In this document: one piece after another, positions 10,713 to 18,090 of the stretch
Layout of the letters: each line of letters starts with the position of its first letter
How positions within the stretch are numbered: the first letter of the stretch is position 1
IMG/VR virus record: IMGVR_UViG_3300027763_000043
Span: 1 to 64,000 of that record
Length of the DNA: 64,000 nt
Source: a virus
Reading direction: 5' to 3' (one strand)
Translations under genes and position numbers: made by a program
The notes under the pieces: model-generated
Told to the model about the DNA's origin: nothing
Databases searched by the model: none
Seen by the model: only the letters and a program-made list of their open reading frames with translations

Positions 10713-10995
10713 TGCGAGTAGGGAGACTTGAACTCCCACGAGCAATGCCCAACAGATTTTCTTACCACTATAGTTTTCACTACCCTTTCGGTTTGTGGTC
10801 TGGACTATACCTTCACCATACCTTTAGGTTTAGGTGTTCCCCGTCTAGTCTCTACACCTTCAAGATTTCTCTTGCTTGGCTCGGTATTGCCATTTTACAG
10901 GTTTCACCGAATTTGAGGAATTACACTCATAAGGTTTCCCAAATGAGGCTCAATTTTCATAAGTCTGGTGTGTCTACCGATTCCACCATACTCGC
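10713..10995 (-). tRNA. trnL: tRNA-Leu(UAA), interrupted by an intron
   Basis: 5' exon GCGAGTATGGTGGAATCGGTAGACACACCAGACTT (10995-10961) plus 3' exon AAAATCTGTTGGGCATTGCTCGTGGGAGTTCAAGTCTCCCTACTCGCA (10760-10713); joined loop CUUAAAA; long variable arm. Confidence 0.92.
10761..10960 (-). ncRNA. Group I intron (IC3-like), 200 nt, no ORF
   Basis: Inserted after U34 and ends in G; AAUUGAGCC internal guide; P4 UUCGGU/ACCGAG; R GUAGAGACUAGACGG; S AAGGUAUAGUCC; GNRA-capped P2/P9. Confidence 0.92.
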
Positions 10996-11006
10996 TTGTG
11001 AGACCA

Positions 11007-11035
11007 TTATAACTCAAAGAATCATAATGGTCAAG
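11007..11035 (-). promoter_or_regulatory. sigma70 promoter for tRNA-Leu, embedded in an inverted repeat
   Basis: TTGACC, 17-bp spacer, TATAAT; inverted repeat gaccattat/ataatggtc at about 11002-11032. Confidence 0.7.
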
Positions 11036-11108
11036 TGCTCCTTGTCGGGATCGAACCGACCTTAGCCGAATTATGAGTTCGGTGCTTTCGCCAGAGAGCT
11101 AAAGGAGC
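11036..11108 (-). tRNA. tRNA with CAU anticodon (Ile2-like or elongator Met)
   Basis: Cloverleaf GCTCCTT...CCGAA-CTCATAA-TTCGG...GTTCGATC; C4-G69 and C5-G68 pairs; lacks the initiator GGG/CCC stem. Confidence 0.85.
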
Positions 11109-11132
11109 ATTCGCTATTCGCAAACAGCGAAT
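11109..11132. repeat. Palindromic hairpin between tRNAs
   Basis: attcgct-attcgcaaac-agcgaat. Confidence 0.6.
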
Positions 11133-11203
11133 GGGAATACTGGGAGTTGAACCCAGACTAAGCCCTTATAAGGAGCCCGCTCTAACCATTAAGCTATACT
11201 CCC
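11132..11203 (-). tRNA. trnI: tRNA-Ile(UAU)
   Basis: GGGAGTA...GGCTC-CTTATAA-GGGCT...GTTCAACTC...TATTCCCA cloverleaf. Confidence 0.85.
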
Positions 11204-11251
11204 ATAAAAGTTGCCTTGAAGCAACTTATAAGACCTATGTGTGGTCTTGAC

Positions 11252-11422
11252 TCAACTTCCCTCTTCGTGATCCGTGTGTATTCGTATGAGATCGTCATCT
11301 GCGGGCATCATCACTGCTGCCTGCCCATCTTCGTTGACGATACCAAAATGTTCTCCATTTTCAACTCTTTCCATAAGTTCATCGAACCTTTCTTGAAACT
11401 CTTCCACTGTAAAAACTTCCAT
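11252..11422 (-). CDS. Phd/YefM antitoxin-like small protein (56 aa, not in ORF track)
   Basis: MEVFTVEEFQERFDELMERVENGEHFGIVNEDGQAAVMMPADD... follows the Phd/YefM beta-alpha-alpha-beta-beta pattern. Confidence 0.6.
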   Translation of the reverse strand: MEVFTVEEFQERFDELMERVENGEHFGIVNEDGQAAVMMPADDDLIRIHTDHEEGS

Positions 11423-11425
11423 TTC

Positions 11426-11611
11426 TTAAAGGGGATTAGAATATGCAAGGCGATCATCACTTACCTGTGTACGAACTACTTCCAGTACGCTCATAAACTG
11501 CTCAATACTTTCACATTCTACCACCTTTTCCGAACCTTCGCTTGAATAGAGGTAAAATTTACGTGCAAGAGTATCGACGACACATCGGGACAGGAACTCT
11601 TCGGTGGGCAT
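11426..11611 (-). CDS. Hypothetical protein
   Basis: 61-aa ORF downstream of a consensus promoter. Confidence 0.7.
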   Translation of the reverse strand: MPTEEFLSRCVVDTLARKFYLYSSEGSEKVVECESIEQFMSVLEVVRTQVSDDRLAYSNPL

Positions 11612-11636
11612 GTGGTCTTTGATTGATTACCTTGAT

Positions 11637-11665
11637 ATTATAGGGCATTCGGGGGAGGTTGTCAA
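11637..11665 (-). promoter_or_regulatory. Consensus sigma70 promoter
   Basis: TTGACA, 17-bp spacer, TATAAT. Confidence 0.85.
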
Positions 11666-11671
11666 GGGGTA

Positions 11672-14600
11672 TCAGAATCCCAAATTTTTTCTACGAACAA
11701 ATTTCAAATCATAAGATGTATAAGTAATTGGAATAGATGGATTATTGTATGGATTTTCATGTGGTTTATAATTCCAAATAGCATGATGATGCTTTACTCC
11801 ATTTGAATCTATTATATAACCACTCCAAGCATCCCCCCACTTTTCTTCCATATAATAATGATTTGAGTCATGAGCATAATTTAGTTTTTCTTTTAAATTT
11901 GAGTCAATTCTCCAAGTTTGAGATCCTGTTGTTTTATAATCTTTTTCACCGTGAAGATAATGCAAATTCATATTATGAATCAAAACATTTTCCTTTTGAG
12001 TTCGGATATAATAATCACAATCCTCAACATATGCAGGATAAAAATTTTCATCAAATAGACCACATTTTTGAACTACCCAATCTTTGAGTAAGAACATATC
12101 CCATTGTGCCTCAGTTCCCTTTATGATTCCCACATTATCATGTTCAGATTGAATTTTAACCATTTCTTTAAGAAATCCTGGAGAAAATGCAATGTCATGA
12201 CTCGCCATTAACCAATAAGGATCCATCATATGAGTTTTAATAATCAAATTCCAGGCACCAGAACATCCAATGTTTGCTGGAAGATGGCATACTTTAATAT
12301 TTTCTATGAACTCATGATCAATTTTAGATAGATTGTCCAATTCTTCAGTCAATTCACCTTTACCATTATTATTAATTACACATAATTCTTTAACGGGATA
12401 ATCAATACTGTCAACCAATCTTTGCAACCAATGAAATCCATTAACAATCGGAACTCCAATTACTGGAATTGGTTCGCAGTCATAATCAATTTTTGGAATT
12501 TCAACTCCAATTCTTTTTAAATTTTCTTTAACGAAGTTTTTATAAATTGCCGATAATGTATAATTTTGTATAAGATCTAAAAATATTTCCTTACATTCTT
12601 TATCTTTACCCCACCAATATCCAGAAACCGCCTTTTCAAAAAGTAGAGCATATTTGCCCGGATATTCTACATCAGTACGAAGAGCAGGATAAGATTCATG
12701 CTCCGCAAACATTAAACCCTGATCCGCATAAATGTAACAATCTTGCCACCATTCTCTTCTTTCTGAAAATCTACTTAAAAGAAAATATGCTTCTGGTCTT
12801 TTGGGCATTAGACAAAGAGCCTGTTCAAGAAGAGATTTTGCACTCCCATCTCTAGTTCCTTGCTTATCATAACAATATGATGAACGAATTAATGCCTCAT
12901 AGGCAAGATTATTATCTTCTGCTCTTTCTGCACATCTTAAAAAGTAAGATAGTGCTGGTGCGGTATGACCTTCATTTTCATACCAAACACCCAAATTAAA
13001 ATTGTTAAGAGGATTTTCAGTATCCAAAGAGTAATCAACCAATAAAGATTCCAAGTTTGTTTTTATTTCATATTCTTCTGGTAACAGATAATTTTTAACT
13101 CTTGGAAGATTCCAAATAATATCAGGAAGATTTTCTGTAGGATATTTTTTCAATATTTGATTTACATTTCCACAAGGAGATATTTCACCTTCTTTTGGAA
13201 CATAGGATTTCATAAATTCAACATGCTCATCCTTTGTATAATCTTTATTTAAAAGAATTTTTAGATTATCTTCAGCATGACAAAATGATTTGAATTTATA
13301 AACTCGATTTTCTGGAGATTGCATCCAAGAAAAGTGCCATCCCAAGTCTGTTAATATTTGATTATTTTGAGTTGCATATGAAATTTTGACATCTTGAGCA
13401 TTTCTAATATGAGTAGCTGGAGTTTGTTCTAAATGTTTTTTCAAACACATAAACATAGATTTATCCCATAATTCTATATCTCCATCTTTAGTATAAACAC
13501 GCAAATCTGCCCTACCTTCAAGAAAAACTAAAGGTATTTTAAAAATTTTAGAGTTATGACGAACTAAATCACTTAAAAATTTAATATTATTTGGATTGAT
13601 AATTTCATCACAATCACTAATAATAAAAACAGTATCATCATCAAATTTATCTAAAATATCTTTGATAGCATCTCTTTGAAATCTTTCCCTACTTCCAACT
13701 TTCGCATTTGGAGAAAATCTAATATCATAATCTGTAGTTGGAGGACCGACAGATTCGTCGGACATATCCAATTCAATTAGATGTATTTTATCTTTTGGTA
13801 AATTGAGTTCTTCAATAACTTGTTTACATGTAAATGGCTTTGGATTTGCACTATGAGTATAATTTCCATCGATAATTACAAATAAATCAACGTAATCTTT
13901 TAACAAATTTACTCTAAGTTCTAATAGTTCTTTTTCATTAAAATAAGTAAAACAATCAACAACATTATACTTTTTCATTTTATTTTTCCAATAATTTAAA
14001 ACAATTTCATTTGCAACTTTATGATTATTTTTTTGCCCTTCATTTACATCATCATCCTGATCTTTAGAAAAAGTAGAATCAAATTCAATATTTTCTACAA
14101 ATAACGGTACAGTATAACATTTACCCAACGATGTGAATATAATGTTTTCAATTAATGGCATTACATCAGAGTTTGGAATCTCTAAATGAAAAATATCATC
14201 CTTAATGTAAGTATCTATAATTCTTTTAGCATAGTCTCTTCCAAGAATATATGCTGTTACTGCCCAATCATTCCAATATCTTTCACGTATTGAAAATGTT
14301 TTAAATTCATCTCTAATAGTTAATAACTGAACACATTCAGTATCTTCAGGAAGAGAATCCATGAATTCTTCCCAAGTAAAATTCCAATACTGAATTGTTT
14401 CTAAACTCAGATCATCCTCACAGAAAAATGCATAATCTTCATCAGTGGTGTCATACCACTCCTTAATTGCTTTAAGATGAGATATGGCGCAACCTTTTGT
14501 TCCATCATTTAATTGGTGCAAATATTTTCCGGTTACTTTATCGTCAGATTTTGAAAATCTCTTTGAAATAACTGGAATTGGTGTTATTCCATACTGTTTA

Positions 14601-14686
14601 AATTGATCCGTAAGATTTTTTTGGCGATCTACACTTTCTTCCAAAGACATATAATATGTTGTTGGAAAATTTTGCAATTTATTCAT
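11672..14686 (-). CDS. Multidomain glycosyltransferase (GT25-like + GT17-like + TPR + GT2-like)
   Basis: GCAISH...CEDD (GT25); DCFTYFNEKELLELR...SDCDEI...GWHFSW (GT17); TPR-like helices; NIGCSGAWN...FDENFYPAYVEDCDY (GT2). Confidence 0.8.
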   Translation of the reverse strand: MNKLQNFPTTYYMSLEESVDRQKNLTDQFKQYGITPIPVISKRFSKSDDKVTGKYLHQLNDGTKGCAISHLKAIKEWYDTTDEDYAFFCEDDLSLETIQYWNFTWEEFMDSLPEDTECVQLLTIRDEFKTFSIRERYWNDWAVTAYILGRDYAKRIIDTYIKDDIFHLEIPNSDVMPLIENIIFTSLGKCYTVPLFVENIEFDSTFSKDQDDDVNEGQKNNHKVANEIVLNYWKNKMKKYNVVDCFTYFNEKELLELRVNLLKDYVDLFVIIDGNYTHSANPKPFTCKQVIEELNLPKDKIHLIELDMSDESVGPPTTDYDIRFSPNAKVGSRERFQRDAIKDILDKFDDDTVFIISDCDEIINPNNIKFLSDLVRHNSKIFKIPLVFLEGRADLRVYTKDGDIELWDKSMFMCLKKHLEQTPATHIRNAQDVKISYATQNNQILTDLGWHFSWMQSPENRVYKFKSFCHAEDNLKILLNKDYTKDEHVEFMKSYVPKEGEISPCGNVNQILKKYPTENLPDIIWNLPRVKNYLLPEEYEIKTNLESLLVDYSLDTENPLNNFNLGVWYENEGHTAPALSYFLRCAERAEDNNLAYEALIRSSYCYDKQGTRDGSAKSLLEQALCLMPKRPEAYFLLSRFSERREWWQDCYIYADQGLMFAEHESYPALRTDVEYPGKYALLFEKAVSGYWWGKDKECKEIFLDLIQNYTLSAIYKNFVKENLKRIGVEIPKIDYDCEPIPVIGVPIVNGFHWLQRLVDSIDYPVKELCVINNNGKGELTEELDNLSKIDHEFIENIKVCHLPANIGCSGAWNLIIKTHMMDPYWLMASHDIAFSPGFLKEMVKIQSEHDNVGIIKGTEAQWDMFLLKDWVVQKCGLFDENFYPAYVEDCDYYIRTQKENVLIHNMNLHYLHGEKDYKTTGSQTWRIDSNLKEKLNYAHDSNHYYMEEKWGDAWSGYIIDSNGVKHHHAIWNYKPHENPYNNPSIPITYTSYDLKFVRRKNLGF

Positions 14687-15498
14687 GATTTTTCTGCAGT
14701 GTAAAGTTGATTGCTAATTTGAGTTACATGCCATTTAATTTTTGATTGGAAATAATAATTATTATCTTCACTAAGACATTGTTGTTTGTTCTTTTGAATA
14801 TGTTCTTGTGCCAAAACATATTCGGCCTGCCATTGAAGTTCATCGCCACTAAATTGCGTTGATAAACTGCTATAAACATATGATGTTAGTTCAGTATCAG
14901 TATGATATGCCTCAAAGTTTTCCAAACGTTTTTTATCTGGATGTGGAATATGAATAATGTTGTGATTATAATATACCTTCTTCTTTTCCAATCCAAGTAA
15001 CTCTAAACGATCATCAATTTCATCATCTTCATATGCATAATATTTGGTAATATTCTCATTAAATCCTCCAATTTTTAAAAAGTTTTCTCTAGTAACATAA
15101 AGAAGACCTCTCAAATATTTGAAATATGGACTTTGATTTATCTCCGGTTGAGTGTATCCATTTTCTCCACAAACAAAGCAAGTATTATCAACTTTATAAA
15201 AATCAAAAAAATTAAAATATGGATTTAAAATATAATCAGTATCTACTTTCAGAATGTAATCTCCCGTCGCCAAACTTGCTGCAAGATTGAGTGGTTCTGG
15301 TTGATTAAAATACTGTTGATTTGGTACGGATATAATTTTAATTCTAGGATCTAAATTTGTAAAATCATTTAATGATTCATCCGAACTCCAATCAACAATG
15401 ATAATTTCCGAAATTTGGGGAAATAATAACCATGAAGTTAGGGATATTTTGAGAGGTGCGTTTCTATTTTTACATGCACAAATTAGTGATACACTCAT
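14683..15498 (-). CDS. GT-A glycosyltransferase (GT2/GT7-like)
   Basis: CACKNR, IIVDWSS, KVDTD, GGFNE...YEDDE motifs. Confidence 0.85.
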   Translation of the reverse strand: MSVSLICACKNRNAPLKISLTSWLLFPQISEIIIVDWSSDESLNDFTNLDPRIKIISVPNQQYFNQPEPLNLAASLATGDYILKVDTDYILNPYFNFFDFYKVDNTCFVCGENGYTQPEINQSPYFKYLRGLLYVTRENFLKIGGFNENITKYYAYEDDEIDDRLELLGLEKKKVYYNHNIIHIPHPDKKRLENFEAYHTDTELTSYVYSSLSTQFSGDELQWQAEYVLAQEHIQKNKQQCLSEDNNYYFQSKIKWHVTQISNQLYTAEKS

Positions 15499-17114
15499 GG
15501 TTTTCTATGCTCCCAAATAATGCCATATTGAACTATGGATTTATTATCTCCAAAATATTCATCTACAGCTCTTCTAACTCCATCAAAATAAGGATAATCA
15601 TCACCATACATAATTCCACCACTTTTAAGCTTAGGATACCAAGATTTTATATCATCCAATACATCTTGGTATTCATGAGACCCATCAATATAGATCATAT
15701 CAATACTTTCATCTTCAAAATATTTACATGCATCTAAACTTTTAGATTTAATTGATTTAATAAGATGATCAACCTCACAATATTCAATATTTTTTTGAAA
15801 TTCTTTATAAAAATCTGAATTATTTTTATTGAGTTGATTTACCATATCAATATGGGAAATTTCATCACTTCCTTCAAATGTATCAATGCAATGTAATTTA
15901 ATATCTTTACCAGAATTTTTAATTAATTGTCCCATACAACATGAAGATCTTCCCATAAATGATCCAATTTCTACAAATGTTGCCGTAATTGGAGATTCAT
16001 TTACATATTTGGAAAAGAGTTCTGAATGATCCCCCCATCCAGGAATATCTTTCCAACTTGGATTATTTTTATTAGTTAAATTTGGAAAATTGAAAGATGT
16101 ATTATTAATTGATTCTGTTGGAGTAATATTAAGACGTTCCCTATCAAAAATATAATTTTCAACAAATTTCTTAGGAGCACGAAGAAGATATGCAGCATTA
16201 TCCTGAAATCCAAAAGTTATGAGATAATCATCACCATACTCACACATACCAACAGCAAATTCAACCTCGGCATTTAAAAAGGAGAATTGTCTGGATGCCT
16301 TTACAATATTCCAATCTTTATCCCAAACAATAAAACGATGCTTATATGTACCATCCTTGCGATCTGCTGGACTGCGAGTAAGGTATGTTTCATGAGTTAG
16401 AGCAAATCTATAATCCCCCATAGAGATAACTTGAGATCCTCCCCTTAAATCAACACATCCAAGATCTTTCCATTCCTTTTCTATTACAGAGACCGTAGTG
16501 TTTGTTTCAATATCATATTTGACAATATTTGTTCCATTGGTCCACTTCACAAAATGGTATGGCATGTCTAAAATTGGCATCCAATTTTTATTACAATACT
16601 CACCATCGTCACCAGGAGCAGGAATACGGTACTGTGAAATTTCTTTTACACCATTTTCAGTAATTTCTATTTCTGATAGTTCCATTCTACCAGTACCAAT
16701 GGTGTCAAGATCTCTTCTTACACCACAGATATAGAGTTTTCCGTCCCAACGAACAATACGTGCATCTTCCAATCCAACAAATTCCCATAGTTCTTTATCA
16801 GGAAATTTTGATGTATCAACACGATGGTGAGATTTGAATTGCATATCCTCATCCATTTCGCACATATAGTTCCATGTACGAAGTCGAAGATCATTTTCTG
16901 GATGAATATAAACTAATGGTCCCCAAGGATGCTCAAATTTTTTCTTTTCAGAATGATAAAGTGTATAGTTAATATTGCGAAGATTTACAAGAATCTTGCC
17001 ATCATCATTGTAGATGGATGGATTTGTAAGTGCCGGACCTTTTAAATCTGATGAAGGAATGATCAATGGATGAATACTTCCACCATTTTCCAATGCAAGT
17101 TTAACAAAATTCAT
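15495..17114 (-). CDS. Beta-propeller glycosidase/phosphorylase-like (GH130-like) domain fused to a class I SAM methyltransferase
   Basis: NPSI, GLEDARI, KNWMP, RGGS motifs; C-terminal EIGSFMGRS...IDGSHEY...GDDY. Confidence 0.7.
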   Translation of the reverse strand: MNFVKLALENGGSIHPLIIPSSDLKGPALTNPSIYNDDGKILVNLRNINYTLYHSEKKKFEHPWGPLVYIHPENDLRLRTWNYMCEMDEDMQFKSHHRVDTSKFPDKELWEFVGLEDARIVRWDGKLYICGVRRDLDTIGTGRMELSEIEITENGVKEISQYRIPAPGDDGEYCNKNWMPILDMPYHFVKWTNGTNIVKYDIETNTTVSVIEKEWKDLGCVDLRGGSQVISMGDYRFALTHETYLTRSPADRKDGTYKHRFIVWDKDWNIVKASRQFSFLNAEVEFAVGMCEYGDDYLITFGFQDNAAYLLRAPKKFVENYIFDRERLNITPTESINNTSFNFPNLTNKNNPSWKDIPGWGDHSELFSKYVNESPITATFVEIGSFMGRSSCCMGQLIKNSGKDIKLHCIDTFEGSDEISHIDMVNQLNKNNSDFYKEFQKNIEYCEVDHLIKSIKSKSLDACKYFEDESIDMIYIDGSHEYQDVLDDIKSWYPKLKSGGIMYGDDYPYFDGVRRAVDEYFGDNKSIVQYGIIWEHRKP

Positions 17115-17147
17115 GAAATAAACAATAATATTTCTTACATACTATCT

Positions 17148-17176
17148 ATTATAGCACAATTTAGATGATATCTAAA
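17148..17176 (-). promoter_or_regulatory. Extended -10 sigma70 promoter of the glycosylation operon
   Basis: TGcTATAAT at 17156-17148; weak -35 TTTAGA at 17-bp spacing. Confidence 0.6.
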
Positions 17177-18084
17177 GTCTGTGTAATTGGATAAGATCTT
17201 CCCAATCCCCAAATAATCTTAACTGCTCCTGATCCACCAGTTCCACCCGCTCCACCTACTTTTCCCGAACCACCTCCACCACCAAAATTTCCCCCATTTC
17301 CACCATCAATTGTTGTACTATTACTTCCCGAACTACCACCAGATCCTCCACCTCCACCATTTCCAAAATTTGTATTCAATGTTCCATTGGTTAATGATGC
17401 TGTTGCGATTGAAACTCCTCCTCCACCTCCACCAGATATAGTAGAAACTACACTAGGACTTCCTACAGCACCTCCTGCTCCTCCAGTTGATGTTGTGGGA
17501 TTAGTACTACCAAAAATTGATGATGGTGGAACACCAGAAATCTGTCCAGCTCCACCACTGCCGCCATTAGCATTCCAACCAGCAGCAGAACCTCCTCCAG
17601 CACCAGTAGAACTGAAACTACTATTTCCATTACCACAACCTTGTCCACCTGATCCACCACTAAATTTTGTGTTACCAACACCACCAGAAGAAGATCCTCC
17701 AGGATTTGCAGTTGTTGTACTAGTCCATCCACCAAACCCACCTTCTGCCAATACTAAGACTGTTGCTTGTCTTTTAATAAAACTAGATCCACCATCTAAA
17801 CCATTTGCACCATTTGCACCACCTGTTCCTCCAGATCCAACAGTAATATCTAAAATTTCTCCTGGAAAAACCGGAATACCATTTGAAAATGATAATGCCC
17901 CCCCTCCACCTCCTTGTCTTGTCGTAGATCCATTACCTCCTCCTCCTCCGCCACCTCCACCAACTGCAACTGCGTAAATTTCAAAAACACCCTGAGGAAT
18001 CTCTAATGTATAAGTTCCTGGAGTAGTAAATGACTGTTGCCCTATTGAATTAAAAAATCCAAGCATTATTGATGGAATTGTCAT
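17161..18084 (-). CDS. Glycine-rich adhesin-like protein
   Basis: FTTPGTY...AVGGGGGGG...GAVKIIW; follows the collagen-like fibre gene. Confidence 0.7.
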   Translation of the reverse strand: MTIPSIMLGFFNSIGQQSFTTPGTYTLEIPQGVFEIYAVAVGGGGGGGGGNGSTTRQGGGGGALSFSNGIPVFPGEILDITVGSGGTGGANGANGLDGGSSFIKRQATVLVLAEGGFGGWTSTTTANPGGSSSGGVGNTKFSGGSGGQGCGNGNSSFSSTGAGGGSAAGWNANGGSGGAGQISGVPPSSIFGSTNPTTSTGGAGGAVGSPSVVSTISGGGGGGVSIATASLTNGTLNTNFGNGGGGGSGGSSGSNSTTIDGGNGGNFGGGGGSGKVGGAGGTGGSGAVKIIWGLGRSYPITQTLDII

Positions 18085-18090
18085 AAGATA

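Noticed and set aside
10604-11065. Plus-strand ORFs of 153 and 62 aa; possible intron-encoded protein
   Set aside because: Antisense to tRNA-Leu and its intron; the intron is fully accounted for by core helices and has no room for an endonuclease
17387-17977. Poly-proline plus-strand ORFs here and across 50229-62129
   Set aside because: Antisense shadows of Gly (GGN) codon runs
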